Translations under genes and position numbers: made by a program
Notes under the pieces: model-generated
Told to the model about the DNA's origin: nothing
Databases searched by the model: none
What the model saw: the letters and a program-made list of their open reading frames with translations, nothing else
Assembly (NCBI RefSeq): GCF_036588685.1
Contig: NC_086383.1
Location: 12,276,001 to 12,340,000, forward strand
Length of the DNA stretch: 64,000 bases
Reading direction: 5' to 3'
From: Mytilus trossulus
Lineage: Eukaryota
In this document: positions 51,001 to 59,499 of the stretch, piece after piece
Position numbering within the stretch: position 1 is the first letter of the stretch
Layout: the number at the start of each line of letters is the position of its first letter

Positions 51001-54000
51001 CACTAGTGCACAATTCAATCCTCGTAAACCGAAGGAAGTAGACAATTCTCCAGGTCTCCCAATAAGAACAATTAATAAAGATAAAAATGAATTAAGGGAA
51101 AATTCAAAAGTAGGAGAAGCTAAAGACAATAAAAGCCCAAATCCAGATTTAAATACATTAGCTAGTACACTGAATAGTTGTATAAAACAATTAACTGAGA
51201 AATTAGAAGATTTAGGTAAACAAAACCCCAAAGCTAAGATTAAATGCACCATATGTGGTAGAGAAAACCACACAGCAAGAGTTTGTTGGCATAGTGAAGA
51301 AAACCAGAGAAAAAGATCTTTTAATAGGAATAATAGACAAGGGCAAGACGATAAGACTAAGAATAAGCAAGGGGGAAACGATGATGAGGGAAACTAAATA
51401 GGGCTGAGGTTGAGGCCAAAGGTTCAGTCCAAAAGTTAACATTTGAAGAAGGGCCAAAAATTAGTATAAATTCAGTTACACAAAATTGTCTTTTCGTGAA
51501 AGTTACATTACAAAAACTCAGTTTTAAATTTTTACTGGACACTGGGTCAGCTGCTAGTATAATTGACAAGTCAGCATTTGATAAGTTAGGGATAGATACT
51601 TCATTACTGCAAAAAGTTTTAACAACTTTGACATCAGCAGAAGGAAGTCAAATGAAAATATATGGAAAAATTCCATTGAAGTTTAAATTAGGAAATAAAG
51701 TTTACACCCATGATTTTATAGTTGCTGATCTATACAATATGACAGGGTTGTTAGGAATGGATTTCTTTGAACAATATGAAGTAAACATGCAAATATCAAA
51801 TTTGACAATGACCATAGAAGGTTATAAAATTAAATTGTTCAAACAGCCATATAATTCATGTGCTAATGTAAAGATCAGTAAGCTAATGGTTATTCCCCCT
51901 GATAGTGAATATACAGTGGAGGCTTATATAAAAGGAAATGTAGAAAAAAAATTAACAATTCTAGAGCCTTATAAAAGTTTACAGAAGAGAGGGTTATTAG
52001 TGGCTAGGTCTGTGTATGATGCTTCATCGGAAGTCGTTCAAATAAATACTATAAACTTAACAGATGAAACTATAATCCTAGATAAAGATACTTTGGTAGG
52101 TAGGTTAGAACCAGTTAAGTCTATAAGTACGTTAAATGACATACAAATGGATTCAAATCTTGAAACAAACAAGAATGATAATATCCCTGAACATTTAAAG
52201 GTTATGATAGAAAAGGCATCGTTGGAATTAAAAAATGAGGAGAAATTAAAGTTTCAAAATTTGATACTTACATTTCAAGATATTTTTTTAGGGCCTGACT
52301 TAAAATTAGGTAGAACAGATCTTGTAAGTCATTCTATTGATACAAAAAATGCAAAGCCAGTTAAGATACCTCCGCGTAGGATACCAATATCTCAAAAACA
52401 GGTAGTCGAAAAAGGAATAGATCGTTTATTGGAAGCAGATCTTATAGAACCAAGCAATAGTCCGTGGTCCGCCCCAATTTTACTAGTTACTAAAAAGGAC
52501 GGAAGTATAAGATTCTGTGTTGATTATAGGGGACTTAACTCTGTAACTGTAAAAGATTCATATCCTTTACCTAGAATTGACACGTCATTAGATTCATTGG
52601 GTGGGAATAGGTGGTATCATACAGTTGATTTGGCTTCAGGATATTGGCAATGTCCCATGGAGCCTGACAGTAAAGCTAAAACAGCTTTTTCGTCACATAA
52701 AGGGCTTTTCCAATTCAAGGTATTGCCAATGGGATGGTGTAATTCAGCAGCAACGTTTGAAAGGTTAATGGAGTTAGTACTTAGGGGTTATCAATGGATT
52801 CGTTGTTTATGTTATTTGGATGATGTCATCATTTTTGGTCCAGATTTTGATTCTGCTTTAGAAAATCTACGATTAGTTTTTGAACGATTAAGGTCGGCAA
52901 ATCTTAAATTGAAACCAAGTAAATGTTCGTTTTTTCAGAAAGAAGTGTCATTTTTAGGGCATGTTGTGTCAGAGAAGGGTATAGGATGTGACAAAAGTAA
53001 GATTGATTCAGTTCAAAAGTGGCCAATACCAAGAACTATGACAGAAATCAGAAGCTTTTTGGGATTAGCAGGGTACTATCGAAAATTTATTCCAAATTTT
53101 TCTGAGGTTGCCTCCCCATTGACCAGGCTTACAAAAAAGGCTGTAAAATTTCAGTGGGATACTAGTTGTCAAAATGCTTTTGAAAAATTGAAAGAATCAC
53201 TTGTTTCAGCTCCTATATTAGCATATCCCGAAGGGGAAGGGGAATTTATACTAGATACAGATGCCAGTGGCAGTGGGATAGGCGCTGTGTTGTCACAATT
53301 TCAGAATGGAGAAGAGAAGGTCATATCATATGCTAGCAAAACATTAAATGATGCGCAAAGAAAGTATTGTACAACAAGGCGAGAGTTATTGGCAGTAGTT
53401 ATGTTCGTGAAGTATTTTCGTCATTTTCTTTGGGGTAGGCATTTCAAAATTAGAACGGATCACGCCTCCCTAGTATGGTTGAAAAATTTTAAGGACCCTG
53501 AAAGTATTTTGGCACGTTGGCTAACTGTCCTAGATACATATGATTTTACTTTAGAACACAGAAAGGGAAGTCTGCATACAAATGCAGATAGTCTTTCCAG
53601 AAAGCCACATAGACAGTGTCAAAGGTTGGATTGTCCAGATTGTACTAATAATAGTGTTGTGAAGATAAGTAAGAGTGTTGACTCGACTTATTCACCTTCT
53701 AAACGGATTTTACAGTCCGACCAGGAGAAAACACAAAAATTAAAACAATCAGAAAAATGCGGTAAAGTCTTGGCATTACAAGAAACAAATGATGGATCGA
53801 ATTGGTTAAAAAACTGGTCAACTGAGGAAATGATTAAATTGCAAAAAGAAGATGTAAGCATCGGGAAAATTTTGGAGTTAAAGACAGCATTTGAAAACAA
53901 ACCCCCTAAAATTGAAGTAGAGGGACAGGCTTATGGGTGTCGAGTATTATGGAGTCTCTGGGAATCATTGTTTGTGAGAGAAAATTTGTTATATCAAAAG

Positions 54001-57000
54001 GTTGAAACTGAAAAGAAAAATGAACCACAAATAGTTTTAGTAGCCCCGAAAGAAGTAAGATCTGAAGTTTTCAAAGAGTTACATTGTAAAAGAACGGCTG
54101 GTCATTTGGGTAGGGACAAAACTCTTCAGTCAGTAAAGAGGCGATTTTTTTGGCCTGGAATGAGTAAGGATATTGCTTCCTGGTGTAAGGAGTGTGATCA
54201 ATGTGCTAGAGGTAAACCTGGTCCCGGTTTAGGGAGAGCACCTCTCCAACAATCAGCTGTTGGATCTCCTTTTGACAGGATAGGTGTTGACATAATGGGG
54301 CCTTGTCCTGTTACAAAAGACGGAAATGAGTATATAATTGTCCTGTCAGACTATTTTACTAAATGGGTTGAGGCATTTTCAGTTGTAAATCATACGGCTT
54401 TAACTGTTGCGGATAAGTTAGTTACAGAGGTTATGTGTAGATTTGGGGTCCCGACCAGTATTCATTCAGATCAGGGTAGAGAATTTGAATCAGATCTTTT
54501 CAAATATGTATGTCAACTTCTTGAAATAGAGAAAACTAGAACTGCCCCTTATAGACCAAATTCAGATGGGTTAGTAGAAAGGATGAATCGAACACTTAAA
54601 CAAATGCTTTCAATTTTTGTAAATGAAAATAGAAACGATTGGGATGACCATTTACCGTTTTTGCTAATGGCCTATAGAGCGACAATACACGATAGCACAG
54701 GTTATTCTCCGTTTTATATGATGTTTGGTAGAGATATGATGTGTCCCATAGATGTCGTTACAGGGAATTCGCCCGACGAAATAAATGCAAATTGTCCAGT
54801 TCAATATGTAGAATGGCTTAAATGTACTTTAGAACACACATATTCCTTTGCAACGAAATACTTGTCACGTGCTGCATCTAGACAAAAGAAAAACTATGAT
54901 CGGGGTGTAAAACCCCGTAGATTAGTAGAAGGCGATTTTGTTTGGAGGTGGTATCCCCCGTTTGCTAATGTTAAATTTGGCCTTGGGTGGACAGGTCCGT
55001 ACAAAATTGAAAAGAAAATCTCAGAGGTATCATATAGGATAAGAAAGAGTCCCAAGTCTAAGACTCTAGTAGTCCATATAGATCACTTAAAACCGCGGAT
55101 CGGAAGGGATACGCCAGAAGCTTGGCAACATGAATTGCCAATAGAAATTGAAAACGATCAGTTGAATGTTGCTTTAGATCAGACTATTGAAAGTGATGTA
55201 ATTGAAAATGAAAGTGTTGATGAAATCCCGGTAGATGATATGGAATTTGAAATTGAAAGTAGGGAAGATGAAATAAATACAGGTTATGCTTCTGATATCA
55301 TGATCACTCCTGAAGTTAAAAGAACACGTTGTGGTCGTGCAGTTAAAGAGCCCATGAAATACTCCCCCTAGATAATTACAGTTGTACATAGCGTTTATCA
55401 ATTCTATATTTTATCATATTTTATTATTGTTACCTTCATGAAGTAGAGTATAAAAGTTTGGGAATACAATTTTAGTACCAAATCTTTAATTTGACTGACT
55501 GCGAAGATAACATACATTCTGTAGAATTGATAATAGAATTTATGAGACTAGATTTTCAATATAAATGAAATGTTAGTGTTGTAAATATTTGTAAATATTT
55601 GTAATTCATATATGTATTTTGTCTTAGTAAGGGTAAATTAGGAAGAAGGAAATTAATCAGTTACATATTAAAGATATGCTTTATTAAAATAAGTGTGTGT
55701 ACGTGTGTGTAGATCTGTGGTCTGAATGCATTTGATAGTAGGGGTTATAATTTTAGCTTCCGAAAATGAATGAGATAAGAATAAAACATGATAAACATAT
55801 GTTGCTATGGAATATGTTTAAAATTAATATTATATATCAAACGCTAGATATCAAATTATTGATGTAAACATCACTTCCGAAATTTATAGTAGGGGTGTAT
55901 GGTTTAGCAAGAGATTATAATAAATAAAAAAATGATAAATAATAAAGAAAATCATGCATGATTACGAATTAAATATATATATAAAAAAAAAAAAGAGAGC
56001 ACTGAATAAATGTTATATTTTAACTTAAATGGAACTTCCGAAGATTTATTAGGGGTTACCAGTTTATTTCATGTGTTCTTAGATTGATATTTGAGTTAGA
56101 GATGTTAATATTTTTAGCAACATATGACAAAATATTTAGTTCAGTCAGCAAAATACAGGACTTGGGAATAATGTGAAATACACAAATGAGTACCGGTACC
56201 TGAGTTGGCTTGAGTTATTTATTCTGTATATAAATATCTTTTAGACAGATCGTTATGCATACACGTACATACATACATACACACATATAATTCAATACAG
56301 AAACAAAAATATTTTTCAGACATTACTCATAATGGCTGAAGCAGACGAAATGATGTCAATGATAATAATGGAAGATAGAGAAATACTTCGTCTAGATGAT
56401 GATTTGAGAGAAACATTTCCACAAAATGGCATGCATTGTGATGTAACCGGGTGTAACACCGTACTTCTCCAGAACTACTCACGTTATATAAAACATTGGA
56501 AACTTGTACATTTAGAAAATATTCCTATGTATAAATGTACTATGTGCAACAGAAAATTTAAATACAGATGTGAACTAGGCCGACATTATAGAACGAGCCA
56601 CCTTTTAGAGAAAGATATTGCGGCAGAACGTACTGCAACAGTTAACTCTATTTCATGTACTAATAAGAGATTTATAAATCCTAAGGGGAAACTACCTAGA
56701 AAGAAATTTATATAATATTTAATATTGTATTTTACCTTTTTCAGCATGTCTGATATTTCAGTAGCCAAATTTGTTATACCTTCAGAGGAAGAAATTCCAG
56801 AGTATTGGCCGGACGAAGGAATGTCCTGTGAGGTAAAGGGGTGTGAAACCCCTGTTATAAAGAGCATAGGGATGTATTGTAAACACTGGCTCCGTTTTCA
56901 TACAAAGAAAACCTCTATAATTGTATGCCGTCTCTGTCAGAGGAAGTTAGGAAGAAGATGTTACCTTCTTCAGCATTTGAGGGACCATCATAAGCTGGAT

Positions 57001-58888
57001 ATTAAAGCTCGCACAGAAGAAGTGATGAACACTATCCCTAGGCTGGTAGATAATATGAATTATATTGACCCCGGTAGGATAATTAAGCGAGTTTTAAGAC
57101 CTAAGGTAAACGAAAAGGCAAGGGAAGCAGCTAAGAAGGAAAGACGGATTCTTAGCGAGCGTATAAATAAGAAGGAACTATTTCCAAACCTACATGGCGC
57201 TGTTATCGTACCCAGAGACCATGAAGCATATATTTTCCAGATGCCGAATATGAAGGGAGGGCAGGTATTACAGTTGAAAAAGAAACCCGGATGGTAAAAG
57301 ACATTTTGGACTTTTATTGTTTTAGACATTTTGCAATTTATTTAGACTTTAAAAAAAAAAAAAAAAAAAAAAAACAATTATAGATTAAAAAAAAATATAT
57401 ATATATATAAAGATATAAGGAAAGTTGTTAATTATATGCATTTATTACATTTCACATGTTTAAATATTAGCTAAATTGTTGAAAATTAAATATATATGTT
57501 TATCAAGAATAATGTATATTTTTCATATAAATTGATTCTTAGGGGGGAGGAATGTAACAATTTCGCTATAAGATAAAGAATAGTTATCTCCCTTGTCCTT
57601 ATTTAATTTTGTTATTAGTTTAATATTTAAGTAAATTAAAGTTGTAATATATGATCTTTATAGGTTATCACTTTTTATAAATAGCCTTTAATTATCTTGG
57701 AAAAATTCGGAGTATAAATAAATATTTTTGAAGAAGGAAAAATATATGTTACCTTTGTATCGTAAATAATTAATTTATACATATCATTTAAGTTCAAATT
57801 ATGGTTTGTCTTCAGACCAGTAGCTAATGTAAGGCTCACAATTAATATAGTATTCAGTTTTTACTGACACTAGGTTTGTCAAGGTAATAGACCAAAGATG
57901 TAGAAAAGTTATTTCTATAATTTTGAAAGTCCTTTCCTAAATACTACCACAGCGTGTTCTTTTACAGTCTTTAAAATTTAAAATATATTAAAGTATTTAA
58001 TACAGTTCTAAATATAAACCAAAAGCTATAAATAAGAGGTCAAAACAAATACGGGTTATAAAACTTTAGGTCCACTCGAATACTCAAATTTATCTTGAAA
58101 TGTAAGTAATTGTTATACTACTCAGAATACTATTTTACTATTGTTAAACTTATAAACTGTTGAATTTAATTTACCTTTTAGACAATTTTACATTTGTTGA
58201 TATTGTATACTGTTTTTGTTGCTTTACATCATGTTTATTTAATACAAATATAAACATCTTTATTATCTTTTTATCCTATTGCCATAGCTCAGTTCCCTGA
58301 GAAGAACTATAAGAACTGAGATAGTCTAATGATCTCACTTGGCATCCATCGTCAACACATTATATAGATATCAGTATATTTGGTGTATAGAGTCAGATAT
58401 CTCAGTTATTAACACGACATAAACAACTAACTAGAGGGGACGGAAGAATCCAAGCCCGACCCTCCTGTTACAATAATATGTGAAAGTGCTTTCTTGAATT
58501 CCACGTATGATAAGCGTTACTATATATATACAAACGAGTGCACAACAAGAGCTTCGTAAAATCATTGACAAACGCAAAATAAATAGTTTCAGCCGTCATT
58601 TAACATGTTTAATATTTTGTTATCAAATGTTTGACAGATTTTTGGCTAGGTGGATCAGATCGAGCTAATGAAGGTGTGTGGTTATGGACAACAAGTGGAC
58701 AGGGTTTTACAGTAACCGATTGGCATACACGTATTGCACACCAACCAAATAATCAGAATGGAGATGAACATTGTCTGAACATTTATAAAAGACAGGACTA
58801 CGAATGGAATGATGGACCATGTTCAAGAAGTTTAAGGTTCATATGCGAAAAACCGTTAGTATATTTTAATGGTTATATTTTTAAATAA
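35861..58888 (+). CDS. Paralogue B: type II membrane protein, long Tyr-motif tail-TM-EGF repeats-C-type lectin; partly decayed, possibly a pseudogene
   Basis: Join 35861-36368, 44214-44321, 45103-45210, 45718-45825, 46760-46867, 47488-47576, 48288-48381, 58638-58888 gives 1374 nt open (457 aa), but only if two stop-containing EGF exons are skipped. The last intron holds the Gypsy element. Confidence 0.6.
36862..36940 (+). pseudogene. Short fourth copy of the start of the tail exon
   Basis: GATTGGAATAGAATAAAACATGTATGTGATGG..TCATGTTCTAACCTTGATGG matches 4702-4760 and 35837-35905. Confidence 0.65.
37245..37640 (+). mobile_element. Penelope-like retroelement 3' fragment
   Basis: YSRACISYHDFLDRGLRLTSKLLNQEFQKVKLKSSLR..; same family as 18508-19010. 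Confidence 0.6.
39815..40238 (+). mobile_element. Full ~350-nt retrozyme-like monomer bounded by two hammerhead motifs
   Basis: AAACGCGCGT occurs at 39841 and 40191 (350 nt apart), each followed by similar flank. The second motif (40164-40207) keeps CTGATGA but has G12>A; the first has lost CTGATGA. Confidence 0.75.
42718..42825 (+). pseudogene. Paralogue B dead EGF exon (counterpart of 9978-10085)
   Basis: Cys>Trp change, in-frame TGA at 42801, and the donor changed from GT to AT. Confidence 0.88.
43671..43778 (+). pseudogene. Paralogue B EGF exon with a nonsense codon
   Basis: [35 protein letters not shown]; TAG at 43715; both splice sites intact. Confidence 0.88.
44214..44321 (+). CDS. 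Paralogue B EGF exon
   Basis: 108 nt; TPCNNSPCSNGGECTTASSSFVCTCPSGYSENQCQ. Confidence 0.85.
45103..45210 (+). CDS. Paralogue B EGF exon with an ambiguous TAGAG acceptor
   Basis: [36 protein letters not shown]. It stays in frame only with the second AG (45101-45102). Confidence 0.75.
45718..45825 (+). CDS. Paralogue B EGF exon
   Basis: 108 nt; [35 protein letters not shown]. Confidence 0.85.
46760..46867 (+). CDS. Paralogue B last EGF exon
   Basis: 108 nt; [35 protein letters not shown]. Confidence 0.85.
47488..47576 (+). CDS. Paralogue B C-type lectin exon 1
   Basis: RPACPSGWKMNENGYYYFSILRANWDYAK; 89 nt as in A, but the Cys of CYYF is replaced by Tyr. Confidence 0.88.
47964..48027. repeat. 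(CT)n microsatellite
   Basis: Direct reading. Confidence 0.98.
48288..48381 (+). CDS. Paralogue B C-type lectin exon 2
   Basis: ICCKNLGSMLAEVTSRSEIVFLRTNAKKYGE|GTATGT; 94 nt as in A. Confidence 0.88.
48745..49664 (+). repeat. 5' LTR
   Basis: TGTAACA...TGTTACA, with terminal inverted TGTAACA; candidate TATA box TATAAATA at 49219. Confidence 0.97.
49670..49687 (+). promoter_or_regulatory. Primer binding site (tRNA-Ile(AAU)-like; tRNA-Lys(CUU) not excluded)
   Basis: TGGTGGCCAATGTGGGGA lies 5 nt after the LTR end. The tRNA identity comes from recalled tRNA 3' ends and needs checking. Confidence 0.75.
49769..51397 (+). CDS. gag: Gag polyprotein (542 aa)
   Basis: Capsid-like region (PEKFDGK..WKDYIVHFE...LRGSA, RKPGESLPDF) and a CCHC knuckle CTICGRENHTARVC. 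Confidence 0.95.
   Translation: MSSKQDIGATGGLSVKTDSKRDSDYLHRLISKYRDSTSLDEGMLDVSEEEVKFDKGKITPSKKSYELYGGDSLEYNRTPREDKQERSVPRLRDERDRYALPSLHSRDLLTRTEDAIGSKSSVFGLSRGNDFYEKHNLDTRYNMRPTSETRELSVKTKKENEKGSPEYYQKLVNDLSTIQRELFGTENPQSKSDYRSPRQTSERNSETLERAENKTIQTTMPNPKVNDQSNTVESNGKTGRTKTQITRREKEPEKFDGKSIDWKDYIVHFEKTATWNQWNECDKAQQLSMSLRGSAQKLLGDLPPEVVNDYANLKSTLAQRFNPKERVTAYRCEFRTRTRKPGESLPDFGYALRRLVRLAYPEGEYNSVLEQLVINQFILGLGNFEMEKHVQFAHPQTLQAAIACAVEYDAFTSAQFNPRKPKEVDNSPGLPIRTINKDKNELRENSKVGEAKDNKSPNPDLNTLASTLNSCIKQLTEKLEDLGKQNPKAKIKCTICGRENHTARVCWHSEENQRKRSFNRNNRQGQDDKTKNKQGGNDDEGN
51388..51430 (+). promoter_or_regulatory. -1 ribosomal frameshift signal (gag-pol)
   Basis: In-frame G GGA AAC heptamer (51388-51394) directly before the gag TAA, a 6-nt spacer, then the stem GGGCTGAG...TTCAGTCC. 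The -1 frame is open into pol. Confidence 0.88.
51394..55371 (+). CDS. pol: Pol polyprotein (protease, RT, RNase H, integrase), entered by -1 frameshift
   Basis: LLDTGS protease, YLDD RT, LDTDAS/RRELLAVV/RTDH RNase H, H..GH..C..C plus DDE integrase. The frame is open upstream of the track's GTG start (51496) back to the slip site. Confidence 0.97.
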   Translation, partial: LNRAEVEAKGSVQKLTFEEGPKISINSVTQNCLFVKVTLQKLSFKFLLDTGSAASIIDKSAFDKLGIDTSLLQKVLTTLTSAEGSQMKIYGKIPLKFKLGNKVYTHDFIVADLYNMTGLLGMDFFEQYEVNMQISNLTMTIEGYKIKLFKQPYNSCANVKISKLMVIPPDSEYTVEAYIKGNVEKKLTILEPYKSLQKRGLLVARSVYDASSEVVQINTINLTDETIILDKDTLVGRLEPVKSISTLNDIQMDSNLETNKNDNIPEHLKVMIEKASLELKNEEKLKFQNLILTFQDIFLGPDLKLGRTDLVSHSIDTKNAKPVKIPPRRIPISQKQVVEKGIDRLLEADLIEPSNSPWSAPILLVTKKDGSIRFCVDYRGLNSVTVKDSYPLPRIDTSLDSLGGNRWYHTVDLASGYWQCPMEPDSKAKTAFSSHKGLFQFKVLPMGWCNSAATFERLMELVLRGYQWIRCLCYLDDVIIFGPDFDSALENLRLVFERLRSANLKLKPSKCSFFQKEVSFLGHVVSEKGIGCDKSKIDSVQKWPIPRTMTEIRSFLGLAGYYRKFIPNFSEVASPLTRLTKKAVKFQWDTSCQNAFEKLKESLVSAPILAYPEGEGEFILDTDASGSGIGAVLSQFQNGEEKVISYASKTLNDAQRKYCTTRRELLAVVMFVKYFRHFLWGRHFKIRTDHASLVWLKNFKDPESILARWLTVLDTYDFTLEHRKGSLHTNADSLSRKPHRQCQRLDCPDCTNNSVVKISKSVDSTYSPSKRILQSDQEKTQKLKQSEKCGKVLALQETNDGSNWLKNWSTEEMIKLQKEDVSIGKILELKTAFENKPPKIEVEGQAYGCRVLWSLWESLFVRENLLYQKVETEKKNEPQIVLVAPKEVRSEVFKELHCKRTAGHLGRDKTLQSVKRRFFWPGMSKDIASWCKECDQCARGKPGPGLGRAPLQQSAVGSPFDRIGVDIMGPCPVTKDGNEYIIVLSDYFTKWVEAFSVVNHTALTVADKLVTEVMCRFGVPTSIHSDQGREFESDLFKYVCQLLEIEKTRTAPYRPNSDGLVERMNRTLKQMLSIFVNENRNDWDDHLPFLLMAYRATIHDSTGYSPFYMMFGRDMMCPIDVVTGNSPDEINANCPVQYVEWLKCTLEHTYSFATKYLSRAASRQKKNYDRGVKPRRLVEGDFVWRWYPPFANVKFGLGWTGPYKIEKKISEVSYRIRKSPKSKTLVVHIDHLKPRIGRDTPEAWQHELPIEIENDQLNVALDQTIESDVIENESVDEIPVDDMEFEIESREDEINTGYASDIMITPEVKRTRCGRAVKEPMKYSP
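56332..56715 (+). CDS. Accessory ORF3: double C2H2-type zinc-finger protein (127 aa)
   Basis: C-x4-C-x13-H-x4-H followed by C-x2-C-x12-H-x4-H. ATG is in good context (ATAATGG), 12 nt after the acceptor TTTTTCAG (56319). Confidence 0.85.
   Translation: MAEADEMMSMIIMEDREILRLDDDLRETFPQNGMHCDVTGCNTVLLQNYSRYIKHWKLVHLENIPMYKCTMCNRKFKYRCELGRHYRTSHLLEKDIAAERTATVNSISCTNKRFINPKGKLPRKKFI
56746..57297 (+). CDS. Accessory ORF4: paralogous double C2H2-type zinc-finger protein with a basic tail (183 aa)
   Basis: Same finger spacing as ORF3. The ATG follows the acceptor TTTTACCTTTTTCAG|C (56744). The C-terminus is K/R-rich. Confidence 0.85.
   Translation: MSDISVAKFVIPSEEEIPEYWPDEGMSCEVKGCETPVIKSIGMYCKHWLRFHTKKTSIIVCRLCQRKLGRRCYLLQHLRDHHKLDIKARTEEVMNTIPRLVDNMNYIDPGRIIKRVLRPKVNEKAREAAKKERRILSERINKKELFPNLHGAVIVPRDHEAYIFQMPNMKGGQVLQLKKKPGW
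57541..57552 (+). promoter_or_regulatory. Polypurine tract
   Basis: AGGGGGGAGGAA directly before the 3' LTR. Confidence 0.93.
57553..58472 (+). repeat. 3' LTR
   Basis: Same length as the 5' LTR; no difference noticed by eye. Confidence 0.97.
58638..58888 (+). CDS. Paralogue B C-type lectin exon 3 (terminal)
   Basis: CAG|..FWLGGSDRANEGVWLW...QPNN...HCL...WNDGPC....FICEK. Confidence 0.93.
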
Positions 58889-59499
58889 CATTGGTTTTAT
58901 TTCACTGATAAAGAATTACATTTAAAAATCTAGAAAATATGTAAGTATTAAATTTACAATTTTTTTCTAAAGACAGTTTACATACAAGATATTACACTTA
59001 ATGTGAACAATTAAAATTTACAAACTGCTTGCAATGAAATCTTCAAAACTGTGTTTCATGTGGGCTTAATTTGTTACTCTGTATTGATTTGAGTTTGTAG
59101 TAACTGATCCTCGGAAGAGTAATGTCATCCTTGTACTATGCTATTCACAGACTTGTTCATAGTTAAGTTCTGATGATTAAGATTTGTGCAGAAATAAAAG
59201 TGTTCCAATAAAATATTGTTCTGTTGTGGCTGCTTTTATAATTAGGTATTTACAATTGAACTGGGCAAAAGTATCAGAAATATTCGAAAGCTAAATGATA
59301 AGTATTATTTTTCTGTATTTATGGTATATAAAGCTACAAATAAGCCAATGCAGTCTCTTTTTGGTACCGTTTTCAAAAAGAGACTGCGAAAACTATTTCA
59401 ATTATTTGATTGAACAGACATTTGTCAATTGCTTCATGCCTATTACAGTGTTACTTTAATTTCAGATTGAATTGAGTTGAATATTGAAGCAAGAACAGA

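Larger units (their letters stand above)
48745..58472 (+). mobile_element. Full-length Ty3/Gypsy LTR retrotransposon (9728 bp) with two extra zinc-finger ORFs
   Basis: TG...CA LTRs of 920 bp, 4-bp TSD ATAA (48741-48744 / 58473-58476), PBS, PPT, intact gag and pol in PR-RT-RH-IN order. Confidence 0.98.

Noticed and set aside
51496-51498. GTG as an independent pol start
   Set aside because: The frame is open back to a canonical -1 slip site, so a Gag-Pol fusion is the better explanation.
56332-57297. env gene interpretation of ORF3/ORF4
   Set aside because: No signal peptide, furin site plus fusion peptide or TM helix; the Cys/His pattern is zinc-finger-like.
49947-57329. Minus-strand ORFs inside the retrotransposon
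   Set aside because: Short antisense shadows of gag, pol, ORF3 and ORF4 with no motifs.
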